This document shows positions 18,895 to 27,475 of a stretch of 64,000 nt of DNA, piece after piece (position 1 is the first letter of the stretch; each line of letters opens with the position of its first letter). Both the position numbers and the translations under genes were made by a program. The DNA lies in NCBI GenBank assembly GCA_964410585.1, contig CAYPFW010000002.1:96001-160000 (forward strand), written 5' to 3'. This stretch comes from an uncultured archaeon. GTDB lineage: Archaea > Aenigmatarchaeota > Aenigmatarchaeia > QMZP01 > JACQNV01. The notes beneath the pieces were generated by a model that saw only the letters and a program-made list of their open reading frames with translations, was not told where the DNA came from and made no database searches.

Positions 18895-19623
18895 ATGAGA
18901 TTTCCAATAGTTGTCAAAAGAGGATTTGGCGAGCATATCGAATACTCAAATTTATCAGCCGGCCTTCAAGAATCATTGAGAGATTTGGGTGTTTTAGATC
19001 CAAAAACAAATCAACCTCGGCAAAATTATTTTGATCTTGAAATAGCTGAAACTCCTTTGGTTGTGTGTTTGAATGAATTTTTTGACCTAACTCCACAATT
19101 TCACATTGGTTGTTCACTTGATGAAAGGCCTCCGAGTTTTAGTTTTTTAGCCTCTTCAGGATCATATGAAACAAGAGAAGGCAAATTTCATTTATCTTAT
19201 ACAAGACACCTAAAATGGGATGTTTTTGCATGCGGTGATTTTTTGAGAAATGATCAAGGTCATAGGGATCTACATGCCACTGCATCTGCTTTCAACGACA
19301 GAAAAAATTATGTAGAAGGTATATCAGTTGGTTGGCACGGTTGGTCTGGTGAAATGATTGGGGATAGGAAATCTGGATTCTATGGCGATAGAGTTTATTT
19401 GGAAATGGATGCACAGAGACCAGAAAGATCAAAGCTTGTTTATCAGGAAAAATTAGAGCCTAAATTGAGGGCTCTTATAGAAGGCAATTTACCACAAGGT
19501 CAGGATTATCCTGTTTCCGATGCTATTTTTTCATTGATGAAAATGGCAAGCAGAGTTTTCGCAACAAAATTAGATGTTGATTCTAACAGACAGAAAATAG
19601 AAAAAGCATGCGAGGGACTTTAG
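18895..19623 (+). CDS. Hypothetical protein
   Basis: 242 aa ORF that fills the gap; no recognised motif. Confidence 0.65.
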   Translation: MRFPIVVKRGFGEHIEYSNLSAGLQESLRDLGVLDPKTNQPRQNYFDLEIAETPLVVCLNEFFDLTPQFHIGCSLDERPPSFSFLASSGSYETREGKFHLSYTRHLKWDVFACGDFLRNDQGHRDLHATASAFNDRKNYVEGISVGWHGWSGEMIGDRKSGFYGDRVYLEMDAQRPERSKLVYQEKLEPKLRALIEGNLPQGQDYPVSDAIFSLMKMASRVFATKLDVDSNRQKIEKACEGL

Positions 19624-20492
19624 AACTCATATATTTCCGGACCAATCTGCCCAAACATGACGATCCTTTTCTTTGGTTTTGTTGCAAACTTTTTGTAGAC
19701 CATTGAAAGCTCGTCTTCTCTCTTCTTTCTTATCCAATCTGTCTCACCTTGTTTGTAGCTTTTTCCATATTGCTGTCCCCTATGCAAAAGCATGCTCCTG
19801 AAGGATGCAGCAATCAAAAAAATCAATTCTTTATCGCTCCAAGTCGAGCTCATTGATCCATTCTGCGCATACAAAAAGCTGTTCCCTTCTAATTTTCCAG
19901 GCAACCAAAGACCTTCGTTCACTTGACCCTTTGTGTGTTTTACAATCACATTTGCATTTGGCAATTTTTCAAACTCTGAATTGTGTGTTGCCCATTCAGA
20001 AGAATAATCAATCAAAACAAAAAGCTCAAATTTGTTTTTTGATGTCTCTTTTTCCAGGCTTTCCAAGGCCTTCCTGAAAATATCAGCGTGTGGATACTTC
20101 ATGTTTTCCAAATCGCCGACAAACCTGAGCCTAATATTGTTTTCTTCTGCAAATTTTTTGTAGACACCAACCTCTTGAACAAGTGCATCAATAATTTCTT
20201 TGTAATTGTCCCTGACTCTGTGCTTTTGTCCAGTTGTCAAAACATAGAACCTTTTTGCTCCAAGAAGATTCAATAAATGAACAAGCCTCAAAATAAACAG
20301 TCCACCATCAAAATAAGCTTCCCAGCCTTTCAAGTCTGTTGAAGTCCTTGTTCCGTCTGTGAGTTCATACATTACAAGGTCTTCTATCTCTTTTTTCCTG
20401 TCTTTTATCTCCAATTTCTCGAGCCACTCATCGAAAATTTTTTGGGCTTCTTCCTTTGATATAAATTTGGGTAGTTTTGCCTCCATATCCAA
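19620..20492 (-). CDS. Divergent cis-prenyltransferase-fold protein
   Basis: LTDGTRT (cf. IMDGNRR), NIRLRFVGDL, LFVLIDY, NVIVKHTKG (cf. DLLIRTSG). Confidence 0.65.
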   Translation of the reverse strand: MDMEAKLPKFISKEEAQKIFDEWLEKLEIKDRKKEIEDLVMYELTDGTRTSTDLKGWEAYFDGGLFILRLVHLLNLLGAKRFYVLTTGQKHRVRDNYKEIIDALVQEVGVYKKFAEENNIRLRFVGDLENMKYPHADIFRKALESLEKETSKNKFELFVLIDYSSEWATHNSEFEKLPNANVIVKHTKGQVNEGLWLPGKLEGNSFLYAQNGSMSSTWSDKELIFLIAASFRSMLLHRGQQYGKSYKQGETDWIRKKREDELSMVYKKFATKPKKRIVMFGQIGPEIYEF

Positions 20493-20510
20493 ATGTATTA
20501 AAATTGGGGT

Positions 20511-21569
20511 TTATATAATTCCCGTTTTCCTGCAAATCTCTAGAACAAGTTTTTCATCCAAAGGTTTTTCATCTAAAATCGTGTACCTCTTCCTCGTGTT
20601 TTTTGCTTCCAAAAAAGCTTTTACCAAAACGTCTTGGGGAATTTTTAAATCAGCTGCTTTTGTCGGCGCGCCGAGATCTGAAAGCAGATTTTTTATTTTT
20701 TGCCAGTTGGCTAGTTGTTTCAATTGTTGTCCTGAAAAGCTCTGGTTATTCTCTGGTTTTTGTGACTCTAAAAAACTACCTTGTAAATAGGAAAAAAATA
20801 TCGTCCCAATTCCAACCTGTTCACCGTGCAAACCAAATGGGCCAAGCCTGTCCAAAGCATGTGAAAACATATGTTCAGCACCAGAAGCAGGCCTTGAAGA
20901 ACCGTGCAATGTCATAGCCATGCCAGAGAAAATCAAAGACCAAACTAGGTTCTTCATTCCTTTTTCTGTTTTATTTTTTATCTCTTCAACAGAAGAAGAA
21001 ACCAAATCAGCGCACATCAAAGAAAGGTTGGCTATTGGTTCAGAATACTCTTCACCTTTTTTTGCACCAAGCCTCCAGTCAAAAATTGAAGTATATTTGG
21101 AAATTATGTCAGCAGCCCCAGAAGCAGTTGTCCTGTATGGTGATTTTGAAAGTATATCCAAATCAGCGACAACGCCAAAGGGCGTAGTTGCCTGAATAGA
21201 AGAATATTTTCCATCAACTGTCAAAGAAACATTTTCTGAGACAATCCCATCATGTGCGCAGGCAGTTGGTACAGAAATAAATGGGATAGCTTTCCTGTGT
21301 GCTGCTAATTTTCCAACATCAATTACCTTTCCCCCACCAACAGAAATTATGCAATCTGCTTCTTCTTTCTCAACCTTTTCAACCTCTTCCATTGTAGAGT
21401 CTTTTACAACTATAATTTTGCCTTTGAGAAGCTCTCTTATCCTTTCTCCTGCAATTTCTTTCGTTATAGAATCAGCAACTACGAGCGGTTTCTTTCCTTC
21501 TACAACTTCGCCTATTTTTTCTATTGCCCCGCCTTCAACAAGAACTTTTCTCGGTAGCCTAGACATCAT
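20511..21569 (-). CDS. egsA: sn-glycerol-1-phosphate dehydrogenase
   Basis: GGGKVIDVGK, PTAC.HDGI.S, SRPASGAEH.FSHALD and LHGEQVG motifs. Confidence 0.95.
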   Translation of the reverse strand: MMSRLPRKVLVEGGAIEKIGEVVEGKKPLVVADSITKEIAGERIRELLKGKIIVVKDSTMEEVEKVEKEEADCIISVGGGKVIDVGKLAAHRKAIPFISVPTACAHDGIVSENVSLTVDGKYSSIQATTPFGVVADLDILSKSPYRTTASGAADIISKYTSIFDWRLGAKKGEEYSEPIANLSLMCADLVSSSVEEIKNKTEKGMKNLVWSLIFSGMAMTLHGSSRPASGAEHMFSHALDRLGPFGLHGEQVGIGTIFFSYLQGSFLESQKPENNQSFSGQQLKQLANWQKIKNLLSDLGAPTKAADLKIPQDVLVKAFLEAKNTRKRYTILDEKPLDEKLVLEICRKTGII

Positions 21570-21844
21570 ACGATTTCCACTCTTCCCAAAATCATCTGCC
21601 GCAAAGGACAGCTATTCATAATACTAAACCAATTCCTTAAATACGTTTACTGCACTTTAGTCCTTGTTTAGGGACAAATCAAAACCAGCAAAAGGCGAAA
21701 CATTTATAAATCAAAACAGCATATAGTAAATAGTTATTTGCAAACATCTGCACAATGTGTTTTTGTTTTGCAGTTGGATCTTTTGGTCCAACAAAGTTTA
21801 AAACCGAAATTAAGCTCAATTAAGGTTTTAAAGGGGGAAATTAT

Positions 21845-22150
21845 ATGGCGAAAAAATCAAAAAGAGCAGCTAAAAAATATTATTCCCTACACAAGGGAAG
21901 CAAAGAAGTTGCTGTTTTCACAGGAAGACAGCCTAGACAAGCAGCTTTAAAAGCAGCAAGCAGGGGCCACACAGACATAAGATTGAGAGAAAGAGGCCGA
22001 AGAAACAGGGACGGTACATACACTGTCCACAAATTCAAAGGAAGCAGAAAACAAGTTGCTTCACCAGCTGACAGACCAGATTGGTTACCAGCAAAGGTTT
22101 GGAAAGCCAATGTAAAAAAGCTTGGTGTCGACAGAGTTAAAAAATTATAA
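21845..22150 (+). CDS. Non-histone chromosomal protein MC1
   Basis: VFTGRQPRQAALKAA.RG, IRLRERG, P.WLP..VWKANVKK motifs. Confidence 0.92.
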   Translation: MAKKSKRAAKKYYSLHKGSKEVAVFTGRQPRQAALKAASRGHTDIRLRERGRRNRDGTYTVHKFKGSRKQVASPADRPDWLPAKVWKANVKKLGVDRVKKL

Positions 22151-22162
22151 GTTTATAAAATT

Positions 22163-22190
22163 TGAGGACGTTATGTCCTCAGATTTATTT
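22163..22190 (+). terminator. Hairpin plus T-tract after the MC1 gene
   Basis: TGAGGAC-GTTAT-GTCCTCA followed by TTTATTTT. Confidence 0.55.
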
Positions 22191-22201
22191 TTCTATTTCT
22201 A

Positions 22202-22633
22202 ATGAAAACTTTTAAAAAACCTTCTGCTGCAGCTACAGTTGCTGTTTTTGCAAAAGACACAAATTCTTTCCTATTGATCCGAAGACAAAAAAATCCATTC
22301 AAAGGAAAATATGCCTTTCCAGGCGGCTTCTTAGATACTGACAAAGAAGACCTCTACCAAACAGCTGTTAGAGAATTAAAAGAAGAGACAGGTGTAAAAA
22401 TAGGCAGAAACAACCTCAGACTTATTGATGTTAGGTCTGGGCCAAAACGCGATCCAAGAGGACACGTCGTTGATGTCGGCTTCATTTGTATTCTAGAAAA
22501 AGCACCAAAATTAAAAAGAGGAGATGAAATCCCAGTTTGGGTTCATGTGAATAAAATTGATAGGTTAGATTTTGCTTTTGACCACAAATTGTTTTGGAAA
22601 AATCTAAAAGCTTACCTAAACAACCAAAAATAG
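22202..22633 (+). CDS. NUDIX hydrolase (ADP-ribose pyrophosphatase-like)
   Basis: PGGF, RELKEETG, RDPRGH and AFDH motifs. Confidence 0.92.
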   Translation: MKTFKKPSAAATVAVFAKDTNSFLLIRRQKNPFKGKYAFPGGFLDTDKEDLYQTAVRELKEETGVKIGRNNLRLIDVRSGPKRDPRGHVVDVGFICILEKAPKLKRGDEIPVWVHVNKIDRLDFAFDHKLFWKNLKAYLNNQK

Positions 22634-23467
22634 CAAACCCCCATACAGAGCAGTCGCCAAAACAGCAAGTATGAAAACAGGTGCAAACCTTATTCCTTCT
22701 TTGATGTAAACAAATCTTTTTGTCTTTTTTAGTTTTGCCAGTTCTTTTTTAGTCAGTCCTCTCCACTTGTCCTGAACCAAAACATCGCCTTCTCTTAGAT
22801 CTTTTGTCGAAATTTTTTTCACAAAGACCTTGCTTTCAATTACCTTTGTATATTGGACAAAGAAAAATAGGGCATAGAGGATGCCAACAGCTGAATAAAA
22901 GTGGAAAAGGAAGGCAGAAGTCAAACCAAAATAAAAAGTGAAAACAATTAAGACAGCAAAAAACAAACCTGTGACCCCGTATATACTTTTCCTATTTTTT
23001 CTAAGTGAAGAAGAAAATTCCTTCCCGACTTTTTTATTTTTTGCCCCCAAAACAATTGTATAGGCAAGTATGTAGAAAAGGGATATTAGAAACAAATTGA
23101 AAATCAAAGCCAAATAAAATGGGATATTTGATGAAAAACCGCCAAGGAAAAGCATGCTCTCTTTGTCTGGAAAAAGAAAACCCATTGCCCCAAGTAGCCA
23201 AGCATCACCATCTCCCCACTGCTTTGTGAAATACAAACCCATGCCAAGAGCCAAAAACAAAAGTCCAAATAAAACAGAATTTGTAATTATCAGCAAATTT
23301 CCTGTATATGCTGCAAAAATTCCTCTGATGGCCAACGCAGAAATAATCATGCCATATGGAAGCCAATCTGCAAATTCAGTGTACCTCAAATCAAAATAAG
23401 CAGCTGCACCAAATCCAAGTATACCAATTGCAAACAAAATAATCTCGATCATGCTATATATATTCAT
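22616..23467 (-). CDS. Prepilin peptidase (A24 family)
   Basis: AAYFDLR, WGDGD and EGIRFAP motifs; multi-TM. Confidence 0.88.
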   Translation of the reverse strand: MNIYSMIEIILFAIGILGFGAAAYFDLRYTEFADWLPYGMIISALAIRGIFAAYTGNLLIITNSVLFGLLFLALGMGLYFTKQWGDGDAWLLGAMGFLFPDKESMLFLGGFSSNIPFYLALIFNLFLISLFYILAYTIVLGAKNKKVGKEFSSSLRKNRKSIYGVTGLFFAVLIVFTFYFGLTSAFLFHFYSAVGILYALFFFVQYTKVIESKVFVKKISTKDLREGDVLVQDKWRGLTKKELAKLKKTKRFVYIKEGIRFAPVFILAVLATALYGGLLFLVV

Positions 23468-23484
23468 CTGATCGAATAAATAAT

Positions 23485-24174
23485 ATGGATGTAGTCAAAC
23501 CAATTGGTGATTCATGGAGATTTTGCAAATCACATAGATCAATTTTCTATCCAGGCATTGTTTCTGCTTTGATGACTTTGATTATCTTAGCATCTTATGG
23601 ATTTCCAGTTACTAATTTTAATCCTCAAAACATCAACACATTTCTCATCATTGCTGTGACAATTATAAGCTTGGTTGTTTCCAGTTTCACTGCTCTTTGG
23701 ACAGTTTCAATTGTAAATTCTGGGGGGAAAAAATCAGCATCTCAAGCAGCAAGTGAGGCCCTATCTAGGTTGCCATCTGCTATAGGGGGTAGTATTCTGC
23801 TATCGCTTATCCTGGTTGCGGGTTTTGTTGCACTAATTATACCTGGAATATATCTCATGGTTAGATTGATCTTTTTCTATCAATCCATAATAATTGATAA
23901 GAATGGTGCTATTCCATCCCTTAAACAGAGTTGGAATTTAATAAAAGGAAAATGGTGGGATACTTTCGGCTTTTTGATACTCTTGACTCTAGCATCTTTT
24001 GTGTTTTTGATTCCATACTATGGACTTTTCTTTATGTCGCTGATTAGCGCCTCTTTTATCTTCGGAATACTCTCATTCATCTACATGGCAGCAATTTCAA
24101 TCTTCCTAACACCATTCATATACGGAGCGTTTACGTTCTATTATTTGGAAATAAGAAAGGAGCGCAAAAAGTAA
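23485..24174 (+). CDS. Polytopic membrane protein
   Basis: LIIPGIY...R and SLKQSW.L.KGKWW motifs. Confidence 0.75.
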   Translation: MDVVKPIGDSWRFCKSHRSIFYPGIVSALMTLIILASYGFPVTNFNPQNINTFLIIAVTIISLVVSSFTALWTVSIVNSGGKKSASQAASEALSRLPSAIGGSILLSLILVAGFVALIIPGIYLMVRLIFFYQSIIIDKNGAIPSLKQSWNLIKGKWWDTFGFLILLTLASFVFLIPYYGLFFMSLISASFIFGILSFIYMAAISIFLTPFIYGAFTFYYLEIRKERKK

Positions 24175-24203
24175 CTTTATATAAAACAAAAAGAATAAAG
24201 AGT

Positions 24204-25562
24204 ATGAGGCAACTGTATTTGATTCTGGTCTTGCTTTTGATACCTTCGCTTGTTTTAGCAGAACCTGTCGAAATATCTATCAATCCTCAAAGTGCAACAA
24301 TTGAATATAGGAGAGAGTCTAATTTCACTCTCGAAGTCACAAACAACCAAAACTTCACAGACACCTTTACCTTTAAACACATTGGAGCATATTCTCAGTG
24401 GGTTTCCTATTACAATACAACGGTAACTGTCAAAAATAACTCAAAGGAAAACATTACCTTTGTAATCTTCCCTACAAACGATATAGGAAAATATGTTTAT
24501 CAGCTAACAACTCAATCCAAAAAAAATTCATCTGTGAATGATACACAGGATTTGGCTTTCACAGTTTTCCATCCAGAAGGCGTGCTTTTGAAAGAGTATT
24601 ATCCTAGATGGCAAGGAAAAATCTTCCCAAACTTCTTTGTTAAAACAGTTGAAAAAAGGCTAGTCACAGTTTTAATGGAAATAATAGACCAAAATGGAAA
24701 AATTGTTGAGAAAACAAGCGCCTCAAAAGAGATAGATGGCGAGGGCAATGTATTTGAGTTTGTTGAGATAGGAAGCTTGGATCCAGGAAAGTATACTCTA
24801 AAATCCCAAATAGAAGGCACATCAGTTGTAAAAGAGCAGGAAATAGAAATAGAATCAAATGAAAGTGTAAAGATTGATAGAAAAGTTGATTCTAACCCAC
24901 TTTTCCAAGAAGTGAAAATCTCAATCACCAATTTAGGGAACACACCTCAAAAAAATTACCAAGTCTTTGAAACTTTGGGTGTAGGAACACCAGTTAACTT
25001 TATTACAAAATTCTCAGGTTTGGAAAAACTTGATGATCAAATAAAATATGAATTTAAAGTAGCAGAACTAAAACCAGGTGACACAGTTGAAATTGTTTAT
25101 AGGATAGAATATTGGCAGGGAATGTTAATAACCCTGATATTAATAATAATTGCATTAGGTGTTATGATTTGGTACGTGAACAGGCTGAGAAATCCAAGGA
25201 TAAGGAAGAAGTATTTGAAAAAGAAAACTGGGTTTACTGTTGTCCTAGAAATAAGAGGATCAATGTTCAACGACTTGAAGAACGTAACTATCAGAGATTG
25301 GGTAAGCCCGCTTGCTAAGGTTAAGCAAAATTTTGAGACCTTAAAACCAGTTGTTAGAGGCTCTGATGTTGGCACAGAGCTGATATGGAAGCTCGGTGAT
25401 TTGGCTAAAGGCGAGGACAGAGTCATCCACTACGATATAGAGCCTGTTCAATTGAGTACGATAAAATTAGACAAAGCCTGGATGCGATACTCTAAGACAG
25501 AAGATAAACAATACAAGAAGTTTTCTAATGTAATTGTGGTGGACGCATCTAACAGTGCCTAA
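24204..25562 (+). CDS. Secreted Ig-like protein with internal TM and cytoplasmic C-terminal domain
   Basis: Signal peptide, TM near aa 305-325, beta-rich domains. Confidence 0.75.
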   Translation: MRQLYLILVLLLIPSLVLAEPVEISINPQSATIEYRRESNFTLEVTNNQNFTDTFTFKHIGAYSQWVSYYNTTVTVKNNSKENITFVIFPTNDIGKYVYQLTTQSKKNSSVNDTQDLAFTVFHPEGVLLKEYYPRWQGKIFPNFFVKTVEKRLVTVLMEIIDQNGKIVEKTSASKEIDGEGNVFEFVEIGSLDPGKYTLKSQIEGTSVVKEQEIEIESNESVKIDRKVDSNPLFQEVKISITNLGNTPQKNYQVFETLGVGTPVNFITKFSGLEKLDDQIKYEFKVAELKPGDTVEIVYRIEYWQGMLITLILIIIALGVMIWYVNRLRNPRIRKKYLKKKTGFTVVLEIRGSMFNDLKNVTIRDWVSPLAKVKQNFETLKPVVRGSDVGTELIWKLGDLAKGEDRVIHYDIEPVQLSTIKLDKAWMRYSKTEDKQYKKFSNVIVVDASNSA

Positions 25563-25574
25563 TTTTCGATTTCT

Positions 25575-26234
25575 ATGAATACAAATAGTGAAGCAAAAAG
25601 AATTCTGTGTTTTGGTGATTCGAATACATGGGGCCATGTGCCAATGGGAATGGCGAAGAAAAGATATTCAATCAAAGAGCGCTGGCCTGGAATTCTACAA
25701 AAGAAGTTGGGTAAAAGCTACGAGGTAATAGAAGAAGGTTTAGGTGGAAGGCTTACAGCTTTTGATGACCCAAGGCCAGAATTCCCTGAAAGAAATGGGT
25801 TGAAAAGCCTTCCTGCTATTTTAGAAACACATCTACCTTTAGATCTTGTGATAATCATGCTAGGGACGCCAGATACAAAAGAAATGCTTGGTTTTGATGT
25901 GAACAAAATAAAAGAGGGGATGAAGAAATTGATTTTGACAGTCAAGGATTTTAAAACACTGGATGGAACCTCACCCCCGAAAATTTTGATCGTTGTTCCG
26001 CCAATAGTCGATGACCAAGCTGGCTTCGCATCAAAACTGTTCAAAGGCGGCACTGCAAAATCAAAACAACTTGTAGACTCTTATAAAAAACTGGCAGAGG
26101 AAGAAAACATCTTTTACCTAAATCCAACAGACCAAATAAAAGTTGACAAAGAAGACGGTGTACATATCGATTCTGGGGGACATAGGAAATTGTCTGAGTT
26201 GGTTTACAGGAAAGTTTTGGAGATAGGTCTATGA
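25575..26234 (+). CDS. SGNH/GDSL hydrolase
   Basis: FGDSNTWG, EEGLGGR and DGVH motifs; GTND is replaced by GTPD. Confidence 0.92.
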   Translation: MNTNSEAKRILCFGDSNTWGHVPMGMAKKRYSIKERWPGILQKKLGKSYEVIEEGLGGRLTAFDDPRPEFPERNGLKSLPAILETHLPLDLVIIMLGTPDTKEMLGFDVNKIKEGMKKLILTVKDFKTLDGTSPPKILIVVPPIVDDQAGFASKLFKGGTAKSKQLVDSYKKLAEEENIFYLNPTDQIKVDKEDGVHIDSGGHRKLSELVYRKVLEIGL

Positions 26235-26317
26235 AAAAGAAATGCATTCTTTGTGGTTGTCCAGATCATTGTCTAGTTGGTTGTATAAAACACAAGAGGG
26301 GAAAACATAAACACTAA
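26231..26317 (+). CDS. Putative 28-aa Cys/His-rich micropeptide
   Basis: MKKKCILCGCPDHCLVGCIKHKRGKHKH*; ATGA overlap with the upstream gene. Confidence 0.45.
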   Translation: MKKKCILCGCPDHCLVGCIKHKRGKHKH

Positions 26318-26619
26318 GACACAAAAACATTTCTAAGTTTCTCAGTGAAAATGCTTCTTGGATACACTTTGCATCCCACTTCTTTTGCTTTTCTTATCAG
26401 CTCTGCATTTTTATGTGAGCAAAATCCCAAAACCTTTTCTGGGAACCTTTTGGCAATATCAAAGCTTCCCTCTTCTTCCAAATCTAAAATTAGGTGGTCA
26501 AATTCGCCAACTAAACCATCGGGCGAATTAACAAACTCAAAATCTGCACCAAGCCTTTTCAACTCAGCCTCAATTTTCGCCCTGAAAAAGAGATCTTTGA
26601 CAAAAACTAGAATTTTCAT
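26314..26619 (-). CDS. Stand-alone receiver-like domain protein
   Basis: ILVFVKDLFF, ILDLE, GFCSH and A...GC.VYPRS.F motifs. Confidence 0.65.
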   Translation of the reverse strand: MKILVFVKDLFFRAKIEAELKRLGADFEFVNSPDGLVGEFDHLILDLEEEGSFDIAKRFPEKVLGFCSHKNAELIRKAKEVGCKVYPRSIFTEKLRNVFVS

Positions 26620-26639
26620 AAAAACCTCATGATAGAAAA

Positions 26640-26894
26640 TCAGTAAACAGTGCTTCTATGATCTATTTTAACAATTCCAAGAAGATTGTTGCCCTTATCA
26701 ACCTCATATAAAATCCTATAATCACCAACTCTGACTCTGTAAATATTTTCAGTATATCCTTCAATTTTCTTCACTTCTTGTGGAAATGGGTTGCTTCTAA
26801 GTTCCTCTATCTTGTTGAGAATTCTCTCAGCTAATTTTTTATCTATTCTTTTGAAGAACTTTAGTGCTTGACTAGAATATCGTACTGTGAACAT
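26640..26894 (-). CDS. relE: RelE/ParE-family toxin
   Basis: YRVRVGDYRILY and HRSTVY motifs. Confidence 0.93.
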   Translation of the reverse strand: MFTVRYSSQALKFFKRIDKKLAERILNKIEELRSNPFPQEVKKIEGYTENIYRVRVGDYRILYEVDKGNNLLGIVKIDHRSTVY

Positions 26895-27088
26895 TACAAT
26901 CCTAATTCTTTTTTTAGTTGCTCGTGAGAAATGAGTTTGCCTGAAGATTTCTCTTTCCTGTAAGCTAATAGTGACTCATAGTCGTCTTCAGTCATTATAC
27001 TATCTATATCTACCATATGATCTTTTATTTCGTGTATTTCTTTCTCTATTTTGTTCAATTTTTCCAAAACCATTTGTTGGGTGTCCAT
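26894..27088 (-). CDS. Antitoxin (RelB-like partner)
   Basis: Small acidic ORF overlapping the toxin start; ends ISHEQLKKELGL. Confidence 0.85.
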   Translation of the reverse strand: MDTQQMVLEKLNKIEKEIHEIKDHMVDIDSIMTEDDYESLLAYRKEKSSGKLISHEQLKKELGL

Positions 27089-27153
27089 ATGGTTAATAAT
27101 TGTTCAGTGTATATAAATAATTTCTGATGATCATTCGACTAAAAAATAAAAAA

Positions 27154-27387
27154 TCCCGGGAGTGAGACACTCGAAAAGTTGGTAAACCAACAATTTATCG
27201 AATTCGTGGCTCAGTTCTTTGAACAGACCGCTTATGTATAATAGTTTTCTTTGGGTACGGTAGACTTTCTTTTTCTAAAAGAAAGGCTAGCACTCACGAC
27301 CTATCGGTGTCTGAACGATTGCGTTTGGCAAATGCTAAACTGCACGCGCCTACAGCCGATCGCTCTAAGCCACTGGGCTACCCCGGG
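27154..27387 (-). tRNA. tRNA-Tyr(GTA) with three introns (37/38: 27349-27309; 53/54: 27292-27203; 59/60: 27196-27168)
   Basis: Spliced exons give CCCGGGGTAGCCCAGTGGCTTAGAGCGATCGGCTGTAGACCGATAGGTCGTGAGTTCGATTCTCACTCCCGGGA, with the C1-G72 Tyr identity pair; BHB motifs at the T-arm introns. Confidence 0.9.
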
Positions 27388-27475
27388 ATTGTATTATTTG
27401 CAACGAGTGATTTATATTAGTTTTTGGATGAGCAACTCAATCAACGCTTTTAATCCAATATATTCAACTAATTAT

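Noticed and set aside
21566-21619. 17-aa uORF overlapping the egsA start (MNSCPLRQMILGRVEIV)
   Set aside because: Too short, with no recognisable motif; it cannot be supported.
27251-27475. 75-aa N-terminal extension of the 464-aa ORF
   Set aside because: It is antisense to tRNA-Tyr; the hydrolase domain starts at ATG 27476.
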